The notes beneath the pieces are model-generated. The model ran no database searches. It was not told the origin of the DNA and saw nothing but the letters and a program-made list of their open reading frames with translations. DNA of 64,000 nt, from assembly GCA_964304625.1 (NCBI GenBank), contig OZ199840.1, positions 2,530,787 through 2,594,786 of the forward strand, in the 5' to 3' direction. Each line of letters opens with the position of its first letter. The first letter of the stretch is position 1. Both the position numbers and the translations under genes were made by a program. Positions 39,101 to 48,332 of this stretch are shown here, piece after piece. The stretch is from Kudoa neothunni (Eukaryota; Animalia; Cnidaria).

Positions 39101-40185
39101 ATCGCAAAGCTTGATACAGAAATTTACTCTTTTCCAATGGAAAGAGTCGCGATTGATATAGTTGGTCCTTTAAAAACTACAGTCCGTGGAAATCGCTTCA
39201 TATGTGTGATACAGGATTACTTCACCAAATGGGCTGAGGCGTTTCCTATCAAGGACCAAGGAGCACAAACAATTGTGAAAAAACTGATCAAACATGTGTT
39301 TAGTCGTTTCGGGATACCGTCTTCAATACACAGTGATCAAGGCACTAATTTTGAGTCTATGCTGTTCATGGAAATGTGCAAAATTATGGGAATTAAGAAG
39401 ACTAGAACTTGTGCTTATAATCCAAAATCGGATGGGATGATGGAGCGGTTAAATCGAACAATCATTGATATGCTGAGCAAGGTGTCTTCCGAAAGTCAAA
39501 GTTGGGACGATCAAGTTCCTTTTGTAATGATGGCATACAGAGGAGCAATACATTCAGCATCCAAATTTTCGCCAAATTTTCTTGTTAGGAAGAGAAATAA
39601 AATCACCCCTAGATGTTACTCTAAATACTGATCAAATTTTATTCTGTGAAGAAGATTATGTCCGTTGTTTGGTGAAAGATATGCAATTAGCTCGGAGAGT
39701 AGCAAAAGAGAATATGGAATTAGACTTGGACAAAACAAAATCAAGATATAACAAGCGTGTTTATGGATCTCCTTACAACGTCGGCGATAAAGTGTGGGTG
39801 TATATTCCAATTAGAAAGCATAAATTAGGTCCGTATTATGATGGATCATACACGGTCAAGCAGCGAATTTCAGACTCTGTCTATAGACTGGATTTGAACG
39901 GTCAAGTTTTGGTAACTAACTTCGATAAAATGAAGCCTTATGTGGATCGCAGCAATGTGTTGGAAAACGGAACGTTGTTTGAAAGCTCTTGTGGTGAAAC
40001 TGTTGAAAGGGGGAATAGTGTTGGGGCTGACAGTTAGTCTTCGGCGTCAAAGATATAATGACACACATTATCTTGGTCGGTACCTATGTGTATTAATATA
40101 CACTTGGCGCTAACTATATAAACACCCTTATATTAGCCTCTATATTATTATTGTTATATTTTAACGATGGTTCTTTGCCCTAACA
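36104..40185 (+). mobile_element. Full-length Ty3/Gypsy LTR retrotransposon (4082 bp)
   Basis: LTRs 36104-36269 and 40019-40185 differ by 4 substitutions and 1 indel. TSD AGCTC, PBS TGGCGCAGTGAGC, PPT GAAAGGGGGAATAG. Confidence 0.98.
36251..39631 (+). CDS. Fused Gag-Pol polyprotein (gag-PR-RT-RH-IN); frameshift near 39580, tail continues in ORF 39582-40037
   Basis: LVDTGS, LCVDYRKLN, MPFGL, YLDD, TDAS, HHCC zinc motif, IDIVGP / SDQGTNF / ERLN. Gag knuckle has a C>G substitution. Confidence 0.95.
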   Translation: MVPCPNIGAVSCLDSFDGNDVDSWLSKFDLILLHKNIPEDRHTLELLVSLSSNVFTIVQETGFGLNSPYASVKAFLRARFGKVKDSYVAQREFSTCSQERVKTLVEFAEEVRRRGRAAYSSVESITLNQRMKNQYIVGVLSSETRKNLLVKNPENFEEAFELGQKLEFASRKDNEMVEEDKAKSNIMTVKNDDILQIILDRLESLEKKTRKKIKCYNGGKIGHYTKNCYRNKSINFSASCLLFLPLMLENTHVKCLVDTGSRSSLISHGLYKRINLKRMRPAAVKLVSACGGNMQVLSMVDLQVKFDNEILTMSFLVIEELVYDCIIGMDTLKLLDLTLSFGKYSLKVSNDNHDKVEKITLLNVEQRDSNVIYHEIDTDSHKPIKDFRRRIPFHRREIMNNLINDMIENDVIEKSSSEWAFNAVVVPKKNGSFRLCVDYRKLNSITTKDSSPLPRIDDILDMLGNVKYFSVLDLKDGYHNVEISIKDREKTAFYGVDGIYHFKKMPFGLCNAPATFQRLMNTALQKFIGTCCLVYLDDVIVYGNDLENHKKDVSNIMRTLENYKLRINYDKSTLYNEEVKFLGHIISSKGITPDPDKTNVIENWPISKNVKELQQFLGLANYYRKFVQNFSKISTPLYNLLKSESEWNWSQECTASFEELKKAIVKPVLLSFPDWNAPFILDTDASIVSVGGILSQLIDGEEKVIAFGSRSLSNREKNYSTTRKELLALVHFVKYFKACLLGKKFLVRTDHNALKWLLSFKNPEGQVARWLEQLAEFDLDIVHRPGKIYTNADSLSRVPTETEVNVATKIFGLDNNTIKSEQRNDSVIRKVINWIELNSLPNKVPKEECNEVKILWMLRDSLKLVNGVLFRAYVDEHTKTETLRLIVPDGLKKVILQSSHDDITAGHLGYNKMSEKVRSKFFWPLQRRDVRKWCESCEECSERNRSTKKFIAKLDTEIYSFPMERVAIDIVGPLKTTVRGNRFICVIQDYFTKWAEAFPIKDQGAQTIVKKLIKHVFSRFGIPSSIHSDQGTNFESMLFMEMCKIMGIKKTRTCAYNPKSDGMMERLNRTIIDMLSKVSSESQSWDDQVPFVMMAYRGAIHSASKFSPNFLVRKRNKITPRCYSKY

Positions 40186-41053
40186 AGCTCTTAGTGATGT
40201 AATTGGTGAGGGTGTTTCGTTGCGTTCCTACTGTACACGCATAAGATTTATATTGTTTAAGTTTATATTGGAATCTTCATCATCTTTCAGTATGAAACAA
40301 AAATAATTAATAAATATTGTAAATCTTGAAAAATTACGTATTTATTCGTTAAACCAGAATTACCCAATATCTATTCGTATATGAAACCGCATTATCCTGC
40401 ATATATGGGAAATACTTATGATTGTGTGTTTTGGAAGTCATTAAGGTTGAATGTTTGTCGTCGTTTAAAATAAATTAGTCGTTAATCCATTGATATTAAC
40501 TAGGGAAAACTTTAAAATAGATTTTTTAAATTATGTTTATCGCACATTTCAACTTTTTGACAACTAAATAATTATTTAAATTGTTTAATCATTGCATTTT
40601 ATTTACGAGAGAATCGTATTATAACGTTTTAATTGTAATTTGTGGATGTGGTTAATTACATTAAATAAATTTTAATATTTTGATTTTAGTCCAATTTATT
40701 ATTTTATTGTAGAGAGAGCATATAATTAGTGATTAAAAGTTTTGTAAAATTTTAGTTTTTAGATTAATACTAATTATTTTTCTTATTTATTGCGTTAGTT
40801 GTTAACAAATATTAAAATAGGTTATTCCAATATAAAGTTAAACATCACATATCTTATGCATTTACAGTAGAGTCACAAACAGGCGCCCTCATTAATTACA
40901 TGCTCCCGATAGGGATTATGTAAAATCGGCTACCCAGTGTATACATTTTAGCTCGACGTAAGTTTTTATTTTGAATCTTTGCTATTGATATTCTTTAATT
41001 TTATAAAAACAATCATGAAAACAAGGGGGAATACGGCTTCGTTTTTCAAATGG

Positions 41054-41211
41054 GGCTGATATGGAGTTAGATAATTAATTAGTCAAATTTAATTTTTGTA
41101 TTTTTGACAAAAGATTTGAAACTATAAATTTAGTTATTGTGTTTCCAATAAAACAACGCTTGAGGTTTTCCTATTTAATCTTAATATTACATCTCTAACT
41201 CCATATCAGCC
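41054..41211. repeat. Small MITE-like unit
   Basis: Perfect 18-bp IR GGCTGATATGGAGTTAGA (41054-41071 / 41194-41211). No clean TSD. Confidence 0.6.
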
Positions 41212-41702
41212 TAATATGTCACTCAGTGTGCCATAACTGAAAGTATTATTTTTTGTTGTTGTGCTCTGTTTCTACTAACTCTGCTGGAGAGAGGAAATCG
41301 ATATTGTTGTTGAAATAGCGATTTCGGTGTTCTGATCCTTTTTGCCTATTCTCTGGATGTAATGGGTTCGATAAAATAGTTTGCGTTGAACATTTAGATG
41401 TTCTCCTATGTTGGGTACGTTCTTAGTTTTCCAACGAAGCGTCACGTATGTTCAACGTCATGTTCAATTCAATTGAATTCTTCTTTCCTCATATGCTCAT
41501 GCGTGCTTTTTTTAAGATTTAGTGTCTACGCCCCGTTTCTTCTCTCTCTTACGCCTCCTCTCTACTTTCTTCATTCGTACATTTATTGACAATTTTATGT
41601 ATCATAGTAAGCCAAATTCAAACTACTTTTCTATGACGAAAAGTGAAATGATGTACCAGAAAATTGTTACCTGTTATACTTTTTCATTTTTAGGCGATTT
41701 AA

Positions 41703-44042
41703 CCTTCTAAAGTTTCCAAAAAAACCATCCCCGGAGGTCTTTTGGGGTCAATTTGACCCCAGATTATTATTTGCTAAACTAATTACAAAAATTGTTACCA
41801 ATTCAATTTTCCGATATTTTCGATTTCTATCGACTAGTTTTTCAGTAAAACAATGTGAAACATAAAAATTAATCCTGTTAAATCTTTTACGTAATTATTC
41901 GTAAGCTGTTAGGAAATGATCGTACATGTAAGTCACTGTTTAATAGCTAATTTATTGTTTAAAATTATAATTTAGGGTCAATTTCTGGGGAAAATATTTT
42001 TATTTTAACTTTAGGTAAACAATAACTTAATACATACCCGGAAATAACAATTCTTATTTATTTTCACTTAGGCCGTAATACTTTTTCAGTTGGTTTTTTA
42101 TCCCAAATTTATATTTTCACCTCGTGTTAAACTCTAACTAAACAAATGTCGATGAGTGATTACAGCGAATTCAATAGTGAATTAGAATCGCCAGGAAGCG
42201 AGCCTGACGACTGCTTTTTGGATTCATCAGTAGATTCATCCGATTTAATGGAGACAACAGTATTCACAAGCTCAAATCTTAGTAAATCAGGAATTGCATG
42301 GGACCCCAAAATACCTTAAACAAAACGCACTTCGGCGGAAAACATTTCGAACTCCCCTCCTGGTCCTACCGCATATTGTTACCAACGGATTCACAATATT
42401 TTGGACAGTTTTTCCATATTTTTTTCAGAAACTATCTGTAAAAAATACTCGATTGCACAAATCTGTTTGGGAAACATTATTTGAAGGATGACTGGATAGA
42501 TATGGATTCTATCGAAATGAACGGTTATTTGGGGATCCTCATTCTATTAGCTCTACACAAGGATCGTGAAGAGCCATTATCTGAATTATTCAGTCTATCA
42601 GAAGGTAGGGAGATATACCGAAATATTTTTTCGAAGACGCGCTTTAAAAAATCACAAGATGTCTCCATTTTGACAATTATTCTACAAGGGCGGAAAGGAA
42701 ACAAATGGATAAGTTTTGTCCTATACGAGAATTATGGGAAATTTGGTCAAGGGAACTTCTGAAGTATTTTTCGCCGAATGAGGATGTGACAATCGATGAA
42801 CAGTTAATTGCGTTTAGAGGGAGGTGTCCTTTCAAACAATATATGCCCCTCAAACCGGCAAAATACGGCATCAAATTTTTTCTAGCTGTTGATCCAGCTG
42901 AAAAGTATATCACTAATATCTTACCGTACCTCGGGAAAAATAATAACTCAAACCAACGCAATACAAGAGTTAGGGAAAATATTGTGTTATCACTGTCGGA
43001 ACCTTTGTTCAACTCTGGGAGGAATATCGTTGCTGACAACTTTTTTTCCTCGGTTTGCCTTGCGTCTAAACTGTTGGAAAAACGATTAACATATCTTGGA
43101 ACTGTAAGGCACAATAAGAGGGAGCTCCCTCCATGTGTTCTTCCGTCTAAAAATAGAAGTCTTCAGCACCACATTTGTATTTTTCCAAAAGAACATGCTC
43201 ACCTCTTATGTGAATAAAAAGAATAAGAGTGTTATAATTTTGTCTACGGGAACTAGTAACGTAAAAATTATGAATGATTCTAATAAAAAAAACCTGAAAT
43301 TATTACATATTACAACAAAACCAAAGGAGGGGTTGACACTGTCGATCGTATGTTGGCGTCGGTTTCGACACGTCGATTCACTCGTAGGTGGCCAATGATC
43401 GTATTTTTCAATATGATAGATTTGTCACTTATAAATGCGTTCTCATTACATAAAATAATTTTCAATTGCAAATTTAAAAGACGTCGTATATTTTTAAAAG
43501 AAATCGCACAAGCTCTCTATCAACCTCTCATAGATCGTAATTTACAGAAGGGGAAAATTGTCAAAGCAAAATCCCCCCATTTAGGGACTCCAACCAACAC
43601 TTTCCAAATCGCCGAAAAAAGACGTCGATGTGAATATTGTCCTCGAGAAACCGATAAAAAACTCAAACCAAATGCTCCTGTTGTAATAAATACTATTGCT
43701 CAATTCATTCATCAAAGAGATGTAAGAATTGTTAAATTAGTTAGATACTCCGAATAAAATTTTACAAATTTATATAGTTTTTTTTTGCATGAGGAATATT
43801 TAGTCTTCAATCTATCAACTGAAATATTATACGCAAAGTGTTATTTTTTGTACGATAACTTGCGAAGTGGATCCGAGACTACTAGTAAGGTATTAACACG
43901 GATTAAATGTGATATTATTATTTTACCAAAAAATGAGTCAATAGAATTCAAAATAAACACGTCTCCACTCTTAAAATAATTTTTATAATAATATCATAAA
44001 ATAAAAACTTGGGGTCAAATTGACCCCAAAGTCCTCGGAGGG
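41703..44042 (+). mobile_element. Full-length piggyBac (2340 bp), frameshifted transposase at ~42146-43740
   Basis: TTAA flanks; internal palindrome TGGGGTCAA[T/A]TTGACCCCA at both ends; VTIDEQL, VADNFF, GGVDTVD, RRRCEYC. Confidence 0.95.
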
Positions 44043-46619
44043 TTAATGTGATGAGAGATTATATATAGAGGATGAAATTCTTATTTAATTTAGGGAAAGT
44101 GTTACTAAAAAAATGGTTGTGTTATTTTCCAAATCATTTGGGATCTCTCTCGATTTTGTCAACGTCACAAATGTGGAGGTAAATAGACGTCTTAGTAAAC
44201 AATTTAATTTTCTTTTATTAATTAGACTATTAGAATTAAAAAATTAAATAAACAAATTGACATCATCCAACTCAAATGAAAGAACGGTAAGTAGAATCAT
44301 GCTTTGCATTGAAACGAACAATATTATGTTTATAGAATAATAAAGCCAAAGCAACATATTTAGAAAAACTCTGGAGATTTGTTATTTTGGGTAGGTAAGT
44401 TCTTTAGTACGTGTACCATGCCAACTTAATCATAACTCTTTCATTAGATTGAATACATTATAATTTCTCATGAACGATAATTCATGCTGTAGTTTTCATT
44501 CAAGTTGAGATGCATAATTAATCAAACACAGGTTACCTTCTCATTGTTTAAACCTGGACGAAATTAACACATACCTGTGTTCCATCACATGTTCTCTTTC
44601 AATAATTGATTCGAATCATCAGGAAAATTTTCATGTTTTGTTTTTGCGATTTAATTAAAGGCATATCCTTTATATATCTGGCTTATAAATTAAAGTATTC
44701 TACTTTTAAAGATTCATTTTTCCACGAGGGATATACGTAAAGATTCTCGAATGATGGTTTAGTTGAAAAATAATGAATCTAGGACCCAACGACGATATAA
44801 AGTTGTTGATTTCTGTGGTATAATGTAACGCTATGCATCATCATAATAAAGTCCACATGCGAGAGACTTCTTTTTTCCATTTGAAAATCCGTATTCTTTT
44901 TCGATAATTTTTCTCACTGGAGTAAAAAATCTCCTCAATAACATAAATTTTTCTTTTGGTTCAATTACTCAGAATTGGCATATTTACAAAGGTCCTTCTT
45001 CTCTTATTAGCTTCACTCCGAGTGATGTGTTGAATCAACGGAATTCATCGGCTAATATCAACTTCCATATCTCAAATTATTGGGGAAACTTTTATACCAC
45101 TCAATGTGTTGTTCTTTGTACCTTAGTTCCAACAGAATTATTATCTGAATGAATGCTTCAACTTCAACTCATCTTTCAGAAACGAAAAATTTGATCTAAT
45201 ACAATTTCAGTAACATTTTAAAATCGAATAATCTGTGATTTTCCCCTCCATTTTTTATACTGATAAATCATCCTTTGATTATTCATATTCAGTTTTATTT
45301 AAATAGCTAAATTTGTGATTGGACGACTTCATTGTGAGTGTTCCATTTTCCTAATCTTGAATAATTTTCTCCTGCTGTCGTCCAAATTTTTGAGGGGGCA
45401 GTAGTTGATAACTGGTTATCGGTGACGATAGTTTTTTACATTAACGTTGAATTTTATTATGAGGAAACCGGGAAGTTATTATGAACATGAAGTTATATAT
45501 TAATTAACTTATCTAATGTAAAACAAATTACACAGTTGATAGATACTTCGTTTATTCTTTGGGAAACTATTTTGTATCTTGACAGCCTCCCTCCAGTCTA
45601 CTTCAATTTTATATCATTGAGAATGTACAAGTCATGTTTCATTTTTTACTCCTTGGGCAGGACTTAAATCTTGAGGCAACACATGCAAGAAAGAATTTTT
45701 ATATATTTTATGCCCTATCTCTATACAGTGTGTAATGATTTGTCAAATTACATTTACATGTACGTTATAAAATATTTTCACCATACATTCATTCTTTTAT
45801 TCTATCGACCATCCATTATGTTTGCTATTAATGCGATTTCCATCACATTGTTTTTTTGGAAACATAGATTTTTAATATATTTATTCCATAGCCTCCTAAT
45901 GTTCTAAAATCATCAACTGGCTTTGGAAATATCCATCTTAATATGACGATATTCCGTTATATTATAAGGATTAATCTTAAGATTAATAAGGACGAAAAGA
46001 ATGTTAGAGTTGACTCTTACTGGCACAACTGAGGAATGAAGACTAAACTCCAAATTAATTTTGATGTATCTAAATAACCCAGATCGTTCGTTAATAACAT
46101 TCCTTTTCATAAGCGTATTTTAATGGAATCATTGTTGTCATTTCCTAAATTTCTGTTCATGGATTCACCATTCATTATATGTATTATGTGCTAATAAATC
46201 CTAAACATGGTTAATTGTTCCAACATTCACCAATGCTCTTTATTGAAATAATTATAAATAACCAATGTCTTGAATTATTGCTTACAACCTAATCCCTTTT
46301 AAGCAACTTATAATGGTCTTCATTTGGAGCTGTACATGGAATTACCGTTACCAATTAGAACTACTGGACATCATTTTTTATTATTACAATTACTTCATAA
46401 CTTGCAAGAAGAAGGAGAAAAGATTTCCAAATTGATTACTTATGCATCTCAACTTGAATATAAAAACTAATAGTACATCCGTAGTTTGTGATTTATTTTG
46501 TTGGTATTTCTTTTTTTGCGTGTAATGTCTATGCATTATATTCTGTTTCTAATACTTAAAAAAGAATGAAATTTTTAAAAAATTTGCTATTCATGATTTA
46601 AAACAGTCAGCTTAACTTT

Positions 46620-46647
46620 CCCGAGCATCGCCGGGTTTTCGCGCTAA
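46620..46647 (+). terminator. Helitron 3' terminator hairpin plus CTRR
   Basis: CCCGAGCATCGCCGGG stem-loop, 8-nt spacer, CTAA|T. Confidence 0.7.
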
Positions 46648-48332
46648 TATATTTATAAACACAAGGTATGCTTGGATTTTAACCCTCTAAGGTTTTTGGG
46701 GTGTATTACACCCCAAAGCCACTTTAAAATAAGCATATCTCTCTTTGAAAATAACTGAACAACTGATAACTCACGTTATTCCTATAAAAACGCCTATAAT
46801 ATAAGATGAAATATGAAAATTAAAAATTTATTGAATATATACATTTTTATCGGAAGATTATCTTCTAAGGTTTTTGGGGTGTATTTAACCCCAGATTTTT
46901 TTTTGTTTAAAAGAACAAGTATATTATTTTGAACACAAATTAAAAGTTTAGGTTGTTTTAAACGGATAGATGACTACAAAAATCATGATTGAAATTGAAG
47001 TTTGTTGAGTGTGCATGCGCGAGCAGGTGTTGAGCATTTATCATGAGTGATTTCAGCGACTTCAGTGATGAATGTGGTTCATATGGTAGCGAATATGACG
47101 ATTTTATTATCGAAGATTTCGAAACCTGTGAAGAGAGTATTGGAGAGGATATAGTCCATACTAATACTTTAATAAGTAAAAGCGGTATCTCATGGAGCGA
47201 TAAAAAGCCACCTGCGACAAAAACCATTGCCGCAAACATTATGGAATCTGCTCCTGGTCCTACGTCATATGCATTTTTGAGGATAAAAACAATTGTCGAC
47301 TGTTTTTCGCTATTTTTCAATGATGAGATATGCTCAACAATAATAAAATACACCAACGCGTTTGGCACAAAACATTTCAAAGAAGAATGGCTTGACGTAG
47401 ACACTTGAATTTAAAGGTTACTTGGGTCTCCTTATACTGATGGGAACGCATAAGGATCGGCAAGAGCCTTTATGTGAACTTTTCAGTGTCAAGGAAGGCA
47501 AAGAAATATACAGGAGGCTTTTTTCACTTCGTCGTTTCAAACAAATTAATCGATCAATCCATTTTGATGATTTTGAAACAAGGATTCAGCGGAAAGAAAC
47601 GGACAAATTTTGCCCCATACGTGAGATATGGGATAAGTGGGTAACTATATTGCACAGGTGCTTTGCTCCCAACCAAGATGTAACGGTCGATGAACAACTA
47701 GTGTCATTTCGGGGAAGATGTCCGTTCAAACAATATATGCCAATGAAACCGGCAAAATATGGCTTGAAATTTTTCATGTTGGCAGATCCGATCTCGAACT
47801 ATGTCTTGAATATCAGTATCTATTTGGGGAAGAACAATTCCGACAATACGAGACAATGTAACCTTGGTGAAAGCGTAGTTCTCTCTTTGTCAATACCTCT
47901 TTTTTATTCTGGCCGAAACGTGGTGGCTGACAATTTTTTTTCATCATTTTCGCTCGTTGAAAAATTGATGGATAAAAATCTTACTTTCTTGGGAACGCTG
48001 AGAAAAAATAAAAAGGAAATCCCAAGCTGTCTACTTCCTTCTCCGAAAAAGCATATCTATAGTAGCCACTTTGTATTTTACAAAAATTGCATGATGGTGT
48101 CATATGTATGTAAAAAATCGAAGGCTGTCATTCTTTTGACAAGTGGCACTACGGACGACTCTGTATCGGATGAAAAGCTTAAATTCAAACCCAACGTAAT
48201 ACTGAATTACAACCAAACTAAAGGCGGCGTTGATAACATTGATAGAATGCTTGCATCTGTTTCAGTTCGCAGGTTTACGAGGAGATGGCCTATGATAGTG
48301 TTTTTTAATATGGTTGATCTGTCCTTAGTTAA

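Larger units (their letters stand above)
35950..40939. mobile_element. Tc1/mariner-type non-autonomous element (about 0.9 kb net) hosting the Gypsy insertion
   Basis: TA|CATTGGGTAGCCAATTCTAC ... GTAAAATCGGCTACCCAGTG|TA; 20-bp IR with 3 mismatches. Confidence 0.7.
28942..44072 (-). mobile_element. Non-autonomous Helitron (about 5 kb net of nested piggyBac and Gypsy insertions)
   Basis: Minus-strand 5' end A|TCCTCTATATATAATC at 44072. 3' end CCGCGCAAAGCTTAACAGGTCGCGCTAG|T at 28942 shares TCGCGCTA with the 46647 end. Empty site is A^T with no TSD. Decayed R/E/Q-rich N-terminal-like sequence at ~41250-41580. Confidence 0.6.
20263..46647 (+). mobile_element. Large composite Helitron (5' termini at 20263 and 20963; inferred 3' end at 46647) containing nested elements
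   Basis: A|TC..TATATATG 5' ends; RepHel at 22684-27720; first plus-strand hairpin + CTRR|T seen downstream is CCCGAGCATCGCCGGG-N8-CTAA|T (46620-46647). Pairing of the ends is inferred. Confidence 0.55.
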
